From the IMG/VR virus record IMGVR_UViG_3300031998_000003, positions 128,001-192,000 of that record: DNA of 64,000 nt; one strand, 5' to 3'. The notes under the pieces were generated by a model that made no database searches, had not been told where the DNA came from, and worked only from the letters and a program-made list of their open reading frames with translations. Of the stretch, positions 20,837-31,559 are shown one piece after another (the stretch's first letter is position 1; each line of letters opens with the position of its first letter). The translations under genes and the position numbers were made by a program. Source of the stretch: a virus (taxonomy: Duplodnaviria > Caudoviricetes).

Positions 20837-21694
20837 ATGCAAGTGAACTTTCGTTCCAGACTTGCGGAACTTCCTACAGAAGTGCGAGAGGGTTTGGCAG
20901 AGGTGTCATATCAGATCGGTATGACACCTACTGCTAGACGTAATCGGTGTATTGACGTACTCAAGAAATGGGACATTCCGTTCAAAGACATTGGGACTGG
21001 AACCAATCGATTTATTATCAGATATTCTGGATTCGCGGTTAAAATCGCACTTGACAGAGAGGGTGTCGCGGATAATAAACAAGAGATGGTAATGTCTCCA
21101 GCACTGTCACCACATGTGGCAACAGCTCATGAGATTACGAAAGGCGGCCACCTATTGGTGGCCGACTATGCACCGGCTTTTACCTCTTATTCGGAATTCA
21201 TTATGTATCGAAGCAAGATCGCAAGAATTCTCGAAAGCTGGGGTGGAAGATTCCTCTTGGGTGATGTAGGAATCACCAGTGTCAACTACGCAAACTGGGG
21301 AATATTTCATGGAGAACCTGTATGCATTGATTATGCGTACATCTTTCCCGCATCCATGGATCTATTCACTTGTGTTTGTGGATGCAAACATATGACATTT
21401 ACAGATACGACATTCACACAATATCAGTGTGGTAACCCGAATTGCAAGATGCAGTATACAGATAGAGAGCTTCGCAATCGTATCTCTCAGGATGAGAGAC
21501 TGAAGCTGTTCGCGAATGTATCTCAGAATGCAATTGAAATGACGAGTCCGAATAAACTTGTTGAGGTCGAGGATTATCTGGTGCATCAAGATGTAGATCC
21601 TGATATGCCTGATCCGTATGAGACAATGGATGCTATGATCCAGATGTTTGGATATCCGAGCGACATTCATAATATCGAAGGAGGCAAATGGTAA
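20837..21694 (+). CDS. Protein kinase-like protein with a C-terminal Cys cluster
   Basis: Gly-loop IGTGTNR, AVKIA lysine, helix-C Glu (NKQE), catalytic-like GDV..NWG, IDYA (DFG equivalent); CVCGC..CGNPNC. Confidence 0.75.
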   Translation: MQVNFRSRLAELPTEVREGLAEVSYQIGMTPTARRNRCIDVLKKWDIPFKDIGTGTNRFIIRYSGFAVKIALDREGVADNKQEMVMSPALSPHVATAHEITKGGHLLVADYAPAFTSYSEFIMYRSKIARILESWGGRFLLGDVGITSVNYANWGIFHGEPVCIDYAYIFPASMDLFTCVCGCKHMTFTDTTFTQYQCGNPNCKMQYTDRELRNRISQDERLKLFANVSQNAIEMTSPNKLVEVEDYLVHQDVDPDMPDPYETMDAMIQMFGYPSDIHNIEGGKW

Positions 21695-22455
21695 TGCATT
21701 ATAAAAAATTTATGAAATGTGCAACAACCGGCGGTAAGCCGGTTGACACGTCAGCTTATGACGAAGCCATTCGTGAACTGAAAAACGAGAATGCAAAGCT
21801 TCAGGCTGAACTCTCTGCAAAGCCAAAGGAAGTTGAAGTTCCAACTCAGACATACCTGCGTGATGAAACTGAAGTCAATGAGATCGTTACGATTCTTGAT
21901 GATTTCGGTGAGAAGTATTTCTCTGATATTCCGATTGGAGATATACCCGGCCCAATGCTGTTCAACATTCCGAACACACTTCTGAAGAGTATCAGATTTG
22001 TTTGGGAACGTAGAGATGTATATCCGGATATCCTTAATCCCGCAATGATGCTTTATCTGCTTTGCACTCCTGATCCTGCAGCCGCTATCGGAAGATATCT
22101 TCAGCTCATCAAAAAGCAGATGGATGACAATGCGCAAGCCATCCAGGAAGACGCTGCGATCTATCTGGAGTCTTTGACTGAGGAACCTGCTTTTCAAAAT
22201 GGCAGTGATGAAGACAATGAGGACGAAGCCGGTAATGTTGCATCTCCCGGTGAATATCTTGAACAAGATCGTGAGTTCGACAGAGCCTTGATCGAGGGTG
22301 TTCCTGTCGATGAGGACGATGATCGTGATGTCCCGGACGAAGCAGACTTCCCAACCGTCAATCCGGACGAGGTTGATGTAATCGTGGAGGGAGACTACGA
22401 AGTTGTTGCGATTAACCCTGCTCAGGAGAATGGAGAGATACCTTATGATGAATAA
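21688..22455 (+). CDS. Hypothetical protein with N-terminal coiled coil and very acidic C-terminal tail
   Basis: RBS GGAGG; composition. Confidence 0.75.
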   Translation: MVMHYKKFMKCATTGGKPVDTSAYDEAIRELKNENAKLQAELSAKPKEVEVPTQTYLRDETEVNEIVTILDDFGEKYFSDIPIGDIPGPMLFNIPNTLLKSIRFVWERRDVYPDILNPAMMLYLLCTPDPAAAIGRYLQLIKKQMDDNAQAIQEDAAIYLESLTEEPAFQNGSDEDNEDEAGNVASPGEYLEQDREFDRALIEGVPVDEDDDRDVPDEADFPTVNPDEVDVIVEGDYEVVAINPAQENGEIPYDE

Positions 22456-23815
22456 CAATAATGACAATAAGAATATTAAGTTCACTGGAGACCCCGTCGC
22501 ATTTGACGGGGTCGAAGGCAAACGTGATCCGAAGACCGGAAAAGGCCGCTTTGATCTGATTCCGGAAGAAGTATACTATCCGCTGTTCTCGAAAGCGGAT
22601 CATGATTGGTTGCTCGACTGCCATCCCGCATCCATTCTGATGTCAATCGCGGATGAAAAATTCGTTGAAGCAATCATCAAAATGACTATCTATTCATATG
22701 CTGAACATAATGAAGATTATGCTGCTTCGAGTTCGGAGTTCTGGAATGGTGTATGGCCGATGCTTCAGGATCTAGCTATTCACTTCCAGAAGGGGGCCGA
22801 ACACTACGGTGAGAGAAACTGTCAGAAGGGCATCCCGCTCTGGAGCTTCAAAGATTCTGCAATGCGTCATGCCTCACAGGTATTCGAAGGTAAGAAAGAT
22901 GAGCCACATGCGATCTCTGTTATCTGGAACTGCTGGATGGCAGAGTGGACCGTACTTCATGAGAAGACTAAGGAAAAGATCGGTCCTTATACCGTTAAAG
23001 TTCTGAAGGCTCGAACTCCGGAAGAGATCGAAGCAGCCAAATCAGCAGCATCTACACCGGAACTCAAGGCAATGAAACTGCAGTCGGCGCTGAAAGAAGT
23101 CCGAGAAGCTGGTTATCTTGTCATACAACCGACGGCGGACCTTGATACCAATGATCTGATCAATTATGTTTCAGAGCTTCTTACAAAGAAACGCAGGGAA
23201 CTCAAAAAGCGGATGTTCACTTGCGTTCCTACGACGCCGGAATATCGGGCATACAATAATGAGCAGCAGAAACTGAAACGGGTCAACAATGCGATTTATA
23301 CAGCTTTCGTTTCCACATCATCAGATACTGATGACAAACCCGAGATTACAAAAGAGCATGTAGAGAACAATATCGATGAAATGCGACAGATAATGGCTGA
23401 TCTGATGAAAATCGCAGAGGAAAATGAAGTTCCGATCATCACAGCCATTCAGCATTTCTATACTCGTGAGGAAGCCATCGAAGATTCCCTGACGAAAAGG
23501 GAGAATATCAAAACGATCATCCAGACCATCGTCAAGAAATTCGGCGCCCCCGGCGTCTGTGACATCATCGGAGCACTGGATGAATTTGACTGGTGTAAGG
23601 GTGGCGTATTCAGCAATTGGTTTTCTAAATTCATGGACACACAAGAAGGAAAAGAACGTGCGATGGTATGGTATTCTCCGATATATCTGTTCAATGAGTT
23701 AATTGAACGAGTGACGGAACAACAGGGCCAACATGACTACCATGATTTTGTTCCGTTGCTGCTACAGCTTAACTCAGCATACACTGAGTTCCTGGATAAT
23801 AATGACAAGTCATAA
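22445..23815 (+). CDS. dATP/dGTP diphosphohydrolase-like (DUF5664-type) domain fused to a long C-terminal region
   Basis: GKGRFDLIP..HFQKGAEHYGERNCQKGIP..DSAMRH..DEPH..WN; start moved to 22445. Confidence 0.75.
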   Translation: MMNNNNDNKNIKFTGDPVAFDGVEGKRDPKTGKGRFDLIPEEVYYPLFSKADHDWLLDCHPASILMSIADEKFVEAIIKMTIYSYAEHNEDYAASSSEFWNGVWPMLQDLAIHFQKGAEHYGERNCQKGIPLWSFKDSAMRHASQVFEGKKDEPHAISVIWNCWMAEWTVLHEKTKEKIGPYTVKVLKARTPEEIEAAKSAASTPELKAMKLQSALKEVREAGYLVIQPTADLDTNDLINYVSELLTKKRRELKKRMFTCVPTTPEYRAYNNEQQKLKRVNNAIYTAFVSTSSDTDDKPEITKEHVENNIDEMRQIMADLMKIAEENEVPIITAIQHFYTREEAIEDSLTKRENIKTIIQTIVKKFGAPGVCDIIGALDEFDWCKGGVFSNWFSKFMDTQEGKERAMVWYSPIYLFNELIERVTEQQGQHDYHDFVPLLLQLNSAYTEFLDNNDKS

Positions 23816-23845
23816 ATATATCATTATTCAGAAAGGAGTGATCGT

Positions 23846-24760
23846 ATGATATTATGTTCAAAGCGCGTCTTTCTGAATGTGCTCACACAACTTATGGATC
23901 TTGAGACATTGCTGAATGCAAACTATTACATCCTGGATTCTAGACCTGCAGTTGGAACGAACGCTGTCCCATGGGAAGAACAAAACTTTCCTAAATTAAA
24001 TGAACATGGTGAACTCTGTTATGACTCATCACCATCATTGGATTTCTCAAAACCCTCATCGATGACAAAATATTTCATCAAGTATGAGAATGTATTGAAT
24101 CCAGCACCGTTCCTCACAATTCTCCAAGCAGGTGTCCAGAATGATTATACGTCTCCGATGGAGAGATTCACAAGTTATCTTCGTGAAACGGATACCCAGA
24201 TTTCAGTATATCAGTTTCTGTTTATGTCAAAGCTTCAGGGTAATGGTTTACAGATTCTGATAATGACAGACGATCAATCGACAGAAGATTATGGCGCGAC
24301 AATTGCATCGTATCTGTCCGAAGTATTTGGCGCAGATATAACGTTTGTTGATCCACAATATCGTCCGAACACGATAGGTCAGGTTGAGTATAAGGGAAAC
24401 AAGGTGTTTGCACAGAAACATATCTCCGAGCTACGTGATGTCATGCTATTAACGAACTTCCAGAATGCTGTGACGCAATCAGCGTTTGGTGGTGGAGAGA
24501 ATAACATCATGCAATTCCTGAATCCGATGGATTTTGAACAGCTGATGTATCTGTATCAAAAGCTATTCCCGAATGCTCCATTGAAACCCGGTCGATATAC
24601 GACAGATCATATCAAGCGAATCATCATAGGTCGTGTGATGCAGAGCCTCGGAATTCAATCCGGTGAAAGTTTGATGGACAAAATGGATATTCCGTGGACA
24701 GCATTCGACGAGCTTGCTGGACTATATTCACCGGAAGCAGACTTCTCTGACATATCATAA
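23846..24760 (+). CDS. Hypothetical protein, 304 aa
   Basis: RBS GAAAGGAG; early-type motif at 23815-23833; terminator at 24763-24800. Confidence 0.8.
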   Translation: MILCSKRVFLNVLTQLMDLETLLNANYYILDSRPAVGTNAVPWEEQNFPKLNEHGELCYDSSPSLDFSKPSSMTKYFIKYENVLNPAPFLTILQAGVQNDYTSPMERFTSYLRETDTQISVYQFLFMSKLQGNGLQILIMTDDQSTEDYGATIASYLSEVFGADITFVDPQYRPNTIGQVEYKGNKVFAQKHISELRDVMLLTNFQNAVTQSAFGGGENNIMQFLNPMDFEQLMYLYQKLFPNAPLKPGRYTTDHIKRIIIGRVMQSLGIQSGESLMDKMDIPWTAFDELAGLYSPEADFSDIS

Positions 24761-24854
24761 GTGATGGGGCGCATATGCGCCCCAATCTCTTTTTTTTTTT
24801 GATTCGATTATGGCAAAACGAAAACGTAACAATTTCTAGGAAAGGAAGGTTTCT

Positions 24855-27827
24855 ATGCTAACTTTTCAATCTCAAAAGTCACGTTCAAAGAATCCAATGT
24901 CGGAATATCTGTTGAAGCTGCAATTGATCGTCAGCAATACAGAATTCAAGAATGCCGAAGAAGCTCGCAAATATGAGACACTTGAATCAAAGCTGGATGG
25001 TGAGAAGTATTGCAGAGCAAAAAATAAAACCGATATATTTGAATCATATGAGTATGATGGAAGAGCGGTTTACTCACTTTTGATCGATCTGGGATATTCT
25101 TCCGATGCAGCATACAAAATGATCCAAAATCAGCAGGTTATCCCGCAGCCAATTAAAGATAAACTGAAAGAGAATCGGCGAGAAGCATACATCACACAAT
25201 ACGTAGAACCAAATCCATATTACGTTGAGCTATCCGGTGTACCGTTTCCAGGATCTCTAAAGTATCCACCCGATAAAATCGTATCAATTCCAGCCGGCTT
25301 TTACAATGATTACAAATCTGAAGGCATCATTACCGAGAGCATGCCGGTTCACGAGATGCCAAAGAAATATCAAGATCTTCTGATAAACAGTCCATATTAT
25401 GATGATCTATTGAAGGATCATCCGGATGCAGTATATCTCAAATACATCGGATCAAAGGCTATTCCGATTGAAACCTCACGTATGGCAAAAGATGGCGATA
25501 TCATGCGAATTGATACAAACCATCTTACAACAAATCACGGTGTATTCGGTACTGTTACAGTTGAACCCGACATCATTCATCTGTTCACGAATGTGTATGG
25601 AGAAACACGTCGATATGTATATGACACTTTACGAGGTGACTTCTCCGATATCTATCCAAACTACAATGACTTTATCCGGTTCTTGACAATCTATATGTCG
25701 ATCGGTGGTTGTTTGAATGAATTGATGCGGAAGTCGGTATCAATGATTCATATGAATACATCTACCGCAAATGATTTCTTTATGCTGTACGGACTTCCAT
25801 CAGTGATCATGGAAGGTCCATCAATGATTTCATTCTTGAAACAATTCAGATTGATCCTGATGGACAAAGGTACAAACATTGTCTATCGTGTGAAAGATCT
25901 GATTGGATATGAATACACCGATATCTACACATTGGTCATGGTCAAACAACAAGTATTTGATGACTATGGTAATCCTGTGTATAAAGATGGTAAGCCTGTA
26001 CAGAATATCGTATTTAGAAGACTCGGAACCACTGATGACAATACGTCGTACTTCAAGTACAAAGATTCAAAAGAAACTTATACGCTTGAAGAGATCACAT
26101 CCGGAGATCCAAGATGGTGGAACACAGAAGAAGTAGAACATATGTTGAATGATATGAACTACACACTTTCGAATTCCAAATACATTCAGCTCTCAACGCA
26201 TATGTCAATGACTGACATCTATTGGCAGTGCATTATTTTGATTCGTGGATTGCTGGACAATCGTTTTGAAACTCAGTACATCAATTTGAATGTTGGTGTG
26301 AATCTGAAAAACGACAATAAGGTTTCTGTGTTTGAAGCGGTTCTCATTCTAGAGATCCTTATGAACTGGCACTTCAATACAGCTGCAGGCAGAACGCTCC
26401 GTGGAGATATGTATCGTCCGAGCACACGTATCGACGGTGTTGGTGTATGTCTGGATATGTTATTTGATGGATTGAATGAAGATGGTTCGCCGAAACCTTT
26501 AGTCGAAGGGCACCCATTCAAGATCAGTTCATTTAACTTCAATCTGAAACGTCTGAATCCTGAATTTTACGAATCCATTCAGAAAATGGATTATCTTGAA
26601 CCGAATGTATTGCTTCCGATGCTTGATGCAGTTATGGATCGTGAAGACCTGAATATCGGTGAAATCATCATGACCCAATGCCGTGAGATTTATGATTATC
26701 TGGTATTGAAGCTTAGAGACACTCGTACAATACAAGAATTCCGTCAAGTAACCGATCTATTCAAAGAGCTGTTCCTTGTGGATCCAATCAGAGACACATG
26801 GTTCGATGATGGAGATCCAACAATGAACATTCAAGATTATCTGATGAACGAGTACAATGTCACCGGATATGATTTAAATGTTCTTCATGATCTCACCAAA
26901 GGTCCTGAAGGTGATATCTCTTTCCCATATATTATTGATTCCGAGATCTATGATCCAGATACAGGTATGGTTACCGTCAATGTCGGTAAAATTCTGAGCT
27001 ATGACGCATATGAGGAATTTTCTGATCCAAACTTCGTATCAGCATTCGAGCAAGCGTTATTTGCCAGAGATGATACTGGGGAAGAAAAATGGAAATATGA
27101 TTTCTCCGGAAAGATTGTATCGCGTAATATCAAAGCAAACTACAAGAACATCATTCGCGATACGGTTGAACTGGAATCCGGTAATGACATTGCTGGGCCT
27201 AAGACATTTGAAGTGCTTCTGTTCCGCGAAGATCCTGAGATGTATCAATACATGCGGTCGTTAAAAGAAAACGGTGATTCGTTGTTGATTGTCATGCGTT
27301 CAATCATCAAAGCTCTAGAACAATACACGCAGTCGACACTGCATGCGCTTGAATTCTCAGCACTTGGAAGAGAGGATTATTTCAAGATCCTGAAGGAAGT
27401 CATTACATACTTCAAATCATACATGGTTGAATTTTCAAAGGATGAATTTGTGTTCATCTTTGACGGTTTCTTTGATCAGGGTGGTAATTCAAATATGCTG
27501 AAACTGTACGATGAAAACACCAAGATCAAACTCAAAATGAGACCAGTGGATTCTTTGACATTACATGATGCATCATATGCAAAGGTTCATGAGCATTATG
27601 CTGACAAAGGATTGATGACAATGTATGATGAGATTCTGGTTCGTCATCGTCTACCATATCGCGGTATCAAACAACTGGGATATCCGATTCTGTTTGATAC
27701 AGGTGGAAGAATCAGTCACGATGAACCAAGACCAATTTCGAATGATGAAAAACTACCATTCTCGATATACGAAAAACAATTCGGTGATTCAACACTTCGA
27801 GAAATCACAGTTTATCTTCCTGATTAA
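24855..27827 (+). CDS. Large virion structural protein (baseplate-like), 990 aa
   Basis: YVEPNPYYVELSGVP-type motif recalled from phiKZ/AR9-like structural proteins; late-type promoter at 24817-24828. Confidence 0.55.
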   Translation: MLTFQSQKSRSKNPMSEYLLKLQLIVSNTEFKNAEEARKYETLESKLDGEKYCRAKNKTDIFESYEYDGRAVYSLLIDLGYSSDAAYKMIQNQQVIPQPIKDKLKENRREAYITQYVEPNPYYVELSGVPFPGSLKYPPDKIVSIPAGFYNDYKSEGIITESMPVHEMPKKYQDLLINSPYYDDLLKDHPDAVYLKYIGSKAIPIETSRMAKDGDIMRIDTNHLTTNHGVFGTVTVEPDIIHLFTNVYGETRRYVYDTLRGDFSDIYPNYNDFIRFLTIYMSIGGCLNELMRKSVSMIHMNTSTANDFFMLYGLPSVIMEGPSMISFLKQFRLILMDKGTNIVYRVKDLIGYEYTDIYTLVMVKQQVFDDYGNPVYKDGKPVQNIVFRRLGTTDDNTSYFKYKDSKETYTLEEITSGDPRWWNTEEVEHMLNDMNYTLSNSKYIQLSTHMSMTDIYWQCIILIRGLLDNRFETQYINLNVGVNLKNDNKVSVFEAVLILEILMNWHFNTAAGRTLRGDMYRPSTRIDGVGVCLDMLFDGLNEDGSPKPLVEGHPFKISSFNFNLKRLNPEFYESIQKMDYLEPNVLLPMLDAVMDREDLNIGEIIMTQCREIYDYLVLKLRDTRTIQEFRQVTDLFKELFLVDPIRDTWFDDGDPTMNIQDYLMNEYNVTGYDLNVLHDLTKGPEGDISFPYIIDSEIYDPDTGMVTVNVGKILSYDAYEEFSDPNFVSAFEQALFARDDTGEEKWKYDFSGKIVSRNIKANYKNIIRDTVELESGNDIAGPKTFEVLLFREDPEMYQYMRSLKENGDSLLIVMRSIIKALEQYTQSTLHALEFSALGREDYFKILKEVITYFKSYMVEFSKDEFVFIFDGFFDQGGNSNMLKLYDENTKIKLKMRPVDSLTLHDASYAKVHEHYADKGLMTMYDEILVRHRLPYRGIKQLGYPILFDTGGRISHDEPRPISNDEKLPFSIYEKQFGDSTLREITVYLPD

Positions 27828-27870
27828 AAAAAAAAAGAATAATAGAGGGGACGCGCAATGCGCGTCCCCA
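27828..27870. terminator. Terminator between convergent genes
   Basis: A tract followed by GGGGACGCGCA-A-TGCGCGTCCCC. Confidence 0.8.
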
Positions 27871-27875
27871 TCATA

Positions 27876-28358
27876 TCACGGATTCATGGGCGGATTCTGC
27901 GCCTGCTGCTGAGCGATGACCGCATTGATCGCGGTTTGCATCTGATTCAGTGCAACATAGCCGGGAGCCTGAGGTGTCTGTGAATTGGGTGTCACAGCTG
28001 CACCACAGACTGAGCAGAATTTTGAATTTGCATTTTTAAGCAGTGCCCCGCAGCTGGTGCATGTGCCAGGCATGTTCGCCTTAATCTGACCGGCCATGAG
28101 TTTTACAACTTCATTGAATGCTGCAGTGTAAGTGATCAGATCTTCACCGCAGTTCGGGCAGAACTTCTCAGTGGTGTCAACTGCAGCGTTGCACGACGGG
28201 CAGCTGAAGCGAAGCCCAGCGTTCTGCTGATGATTACCGCAATTGCAGCGGTTGAAGCCACCGTTCTTTTTGATGTTGTGGTCTACAGCCACAAATGCAC
28301 CGGATGTACCAGCGCCAAGGAATGCTGCAATCAGTGCAGACAGTGTGATCGGATCCAT
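27876..28358 (-). CDS. Membrane-anchored double zinc-ribbon protein
   Basis: N-terminal hydrophobic segment; CPSC..FCPNCG and CTSCG..FCSVCG; RBS GAAAGGAGG. Confidence 0.8.
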   Translation of the reverse strand: MDPITLSALIAAFLGAGTSGAFVAVDHNIKKNGGFNRCNCGNHQQNAGLRFSCPSCNAAVDTTEKFCPNCGEDLITYTAAFNEVVKLMAGQIKANMPGTCTSCGALLKNANSKFCSVCGAAVTPNSQTPQAPGYVALNQMQTAINAVIAQQQAQNPPMNP

Positions 28359-28474
28359 AGGGACCCTCCTTTCATAAATAAGCCCTTACGGGCAAAGCAT
28401 TGTGGCTCATCTAAACGCGATGAGCCACTCTTCAAGAAGTGATACAATTTCGATGAAAAGCATGTTATCACTCC

Positions 28475-28669
28475 TCATCTCATTGTGTCCGGCAGCGGGC
28501 TGTAATCCATGCCCAGCCCTGCAAGTGACGTGCTGTTGTCAGCATCACAATCAGCATCACGGTTGCTCGTGATCAGGTAGGTGACACCGACTGCCACGCC
28601 TGCTGCCAGAAGTGCGGATCCCAATACGATACCTGTGATCTTAAGGGCCTCTTTAGTCTGATCGCTCAT
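28475..28669 (-). CDS. Small single-pass membrane protein
   Basis: Start moved to ATG 28669 behind AAGGAG; ITGIVLGSALLAAGVAVGVTYLI. Confidence 0.75.
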   Translation of the reverse strand: MSDQTKEALKITGIVLGSALLAAGVAVGVTYLITSNRDADCDADNSTSLAGLGMDYSPLPDTMR

Positions 28670-28792
28670 GATTTTCTCCTTCCCGCACCACCGCATTGAT
28701 TTGCGGTATCATGATGGTGCATTAAAATATTATAGGAACACACAACGAATTCAGACCCACAGCCAAAGCTTTTGCTAAGGATTCTCGGATCT

Positions 28793-28820
28793 TTATTCAC
28801 ATTAATAATATATAGATAGA
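28793..28820 (-). promoter_or_regulatory. Early-type promoter, identical to 8372-8399
   Basis: 28-nt exact copy in inverted orientation. Confidence 0.75.
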
Positions 28821-28870
28821 TATAAAAAATAATAGGAAAATAAGGGGTGGGGCAAAAGCCCCACCACACA

Positions 28871-31426
28871 TTATTGTTGATTTTTAATGATTTCTGATAT
28901 ATCTACCGTGGATACAATATGACTTAATTGGTCTTTATGAAGGTTATGTGAGATAATGAACATCTGCTCCATTCCGAGAGATGCCATCATGTTTGATAAC
29001 ATCAAAATGAAATCATCTCGGAATGATGAATCCAGATATGCGTCAATTTCATCAACCAGTGGCACATTGTACTGTGTCAACGATGATGCAAGTGACAATG
29101 ACAAAGCCAACGATAATAATGTCGATTCTGACTGAGAACCATACTTGATATCAGCAGAGTGATTTCCACCACATCTGAATGGCAACGTGAACTGTGTCTC
29201 ATCTATAACGGGACGTAATAGTTCGATCTCGTCGTCATACATTACATTCAACAGTCTATTTGCTGTACTGATAGCGCGATCAACTGTATCTCTGATCGCA
29301 AGTACCGGAATGCCTTTTGTCGATGAAGTGGCTTCAGCAATCACTTTGTAACGTTCATCATTTGCCGTATGTGTCTCAATCTCTGCAGACGTCTTGACAT
29401 ATTGATCAAACGCCTTTTCCAATCGATCAAGTTCTTCCTGTAAGACATTTGCTGTACGGGTTGTTTGTTGATACTTTTCGTAGAGCTGATTATACTCACC
29501 GATAGCAACATTATGTTTATCAACAAGCTTTGACAGCTGTGAAATCTTTGTCTCAATACTGTTGATATCAATCTTTTGAATAGACGCAATCACCATCCGT
29601 TTCCTGTCACTCTCTGATATCGTATCGGACATCTGGGCTATTTCTCGTTCTAATTGAAGTTTGCTGTCTTCTTTAATACGAATTAATTGTTTAACAGCAT
29701 CAACATCATCGTCAGTATCAATCGTCAATGACACATTTTTCTTCATGACTTCCAGTGTATGTTGAGAATCTGTGTACTGTTTGATGTACTGATTGAGTTG
29801 CTCTTGTTTTGTAGCTTCTTCAATCATATACTTCAAATAGTCAACGTCGATACCAAGCTTTCCATCAAGAAGATTTGTCATAATGGTTTTGATGTTGAAC
29901 ATTCCACACAGATCATCCGGTAAATCCATACCAATCAGACGCTTGATTGTAAGCACGTTCTTATATGCATGATCCATCTGTTCCAGATCATATCTGGTAA
30001 ACTTACCTTTGGATGTCGCATGGAATGCTTTGAAATACGTCTGCAATGAATCAGCCTGTTTCCGATACAGACATTTCGGATAGTGACAATCCGTAGGGAT
30101 ATCACCTTCAACGGATTGTAGCATTGAATGAATGTATGATATGATAGACTTCTCTTTTTCGGAATCCATCAAAGAAGCACCTTCCGTCATCAGTACTGCT
30201 GATACATCTACATTCTCCAGAATCATCTTCACCAGAAGCTCCAGGTGTTCATGCGTCAACGATGACACGATCTCCTGACAAGATGTGTTCACAGACTGCG
30301 CAACTGACATCATTCCAAACATGAACTGAGACGATGCGCTCACATGAAGTTCAATATGAATTGAGTCAATCTTGTTCTTTAGATCTGCAACAAATCGCTC
30401 CATATCTTCATAGTCTGATTTGGATTTCTGAATTTGCTGAATGATAGATTCAATGTTGTGTTGTTTCTCATACAAGCCATCGATTTCATTCATTAATATA
30501 GAACGATCTGCTTTCATTTGAGATAACTGTTGATTGAGCTGAATCTGTTCATCAACCAGCTTATCATACATCGATGGATCATATGTTCCACCCATTTCAG
30601 CGACGGCATTTTTGTATGATGCACGCTGATTATTGAGCTGATACATCTCGCCTTCTGGATTCTGTTGTTCGATGGTTTGAATCGTTCCAAATAATGCATC
30701 CATTCGGGATTTCATCTGCTGTAGTTCATACAGCATTTTGTCGTATTCAGCACGTTTCGTATCCAGTGTTGCAAACAGTGTTTCATATGATCCATATGTC
30801 TGCAAGAGATATTCCTTTGTATGGTTGAGTGACGTGATGAGTTTATTCGTGAACCGATAATCCTCGGTGGCAAGCTTATGGATCTTATCATAGATATCAA
30901 TACCCATAGCTTTGTTCAACAGATTCTTACGTTGGGTCATTCCCATACCGGCGAACGACGTCAAATTCGTTCCATTAATAATGAATTGGAATATATACTT
31001 ATTTATACCCATGATCTTCTCTATTAATGAATTGAAGGACGTTACACCACCACTTGGATTTAACTCTTCACCGTTATACATGATTGATGAAGATACAGTA
31101 TGTGATTTTCCAGTCGGACGATATGTGTGCGTAATCACATACACTTTTCCGTTGATTTCGTAGATGATTTTCTTACATCCGATTTCTCCCGGAAGAATCA
31201 ACGATAGATCACTACGTTCATCACCAGTCAGATTAATGGATGAGAACGGATGATGTTGCTGTATCATGACAGTCTTTCCACATCTGTTCTTACCGTATAT
31301 TTGTATGATAGGTTGCTTCATCTGGTCATATTTGAACTCAATCTCATTCAGACCTGTTGCAGCCTTGACTCCGATGAAGTTCACCAATTTCAGATAAACA
31401 ATTTTCAAGTTCTTCAGTCCTTTCAT
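28871..31426 (-). CDS. sbcC: SbcC/Rad50-like SMC ATPase
   Basis: Walker A GKNRCGKT, long coiled coil, signature GSQSE, Walker B LVDEIDAYLD, IISHN. Confidence 0.9.
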   Translation of the reverse strand: MKGLKNLKIVYLKLVNFIGVKAATGLNEIEFKYDQMKQPIIQIYGKNRCGKTVMIQQHHPFSSINLTGDERSDLSLILPGEIGCKKIIYEINGKVYVITHTYRPTGKSHTVSSSIMYNGEELNPSGGVTSFNSLIEKIMGINKYIFQFIINGTNLTSFAGMGMTQRKNLLNKAMGIDIYDKIHKLATEDYRFTNKLITSLNHTKEYLLQTYGSYETLFATLDTKRAEYDKMLYELQQMKSRMDALFGTIQTIEQQNPEGEMYQLNNQRASYKNAVAEMGGTYDPSMYDKLVDEQIQLNQQLSQMKADRSILMNEIDGLYEKQHNIESIIQQIQKSKSDYEDMERFVADLKNKIDSIHIELHVSASSQFMFGMMSVAQSVNTSCQEIVSSLTHEHLELLVKMILENVDVSAVLMTEGASLMDSEKEKSIISYIHSMLQSVEGDIPTDCHYPKCLYRKQADSLQTYFKAFHATSKGKFTRYDLEQMDHAYKNVLTIKRLIGMDLPDDLCGMFNIKTIMTNLLDGKLGIDVDYLKYMIEEATKQEQLNQYIKQYTDSQHTLEVMKKNVSLTIDTDDDVDAVKQLIRIKEDSKLQLEREIAQMSDTISESDRKRMVIASIQKIDINSIETKISQLSKLVDKHNVAIGEYNQLYEKYQQTTRTANVLQEELDRLEKAFDQYVKTSAEIETHTANDERYKVIAEATSSTKGIPVLAIRDTVDRAISTANRLLNVMYDDEIELLRPVIDETQFTLPFRCGGNHSADIKYGSQSESTLLSLALSLSLASSLTQYNVPLVDEIDAYLDSSFRDDFILMLSNMMASLGMEQMFIISHNLHKDQLSHIVSTVDISEIIKNQQ

Positions 31427-31559
31427 TCATTGATCATAAAAACAATATATACCTGAAATATTGTTTTACAGAACACATATATTGTTTTTGTGGATAGGGA
31501 GCGTATGGCTTGTCATATGGTTCTGAAAATCCAATACAATAACAAGGAGGAGCTTTTAA

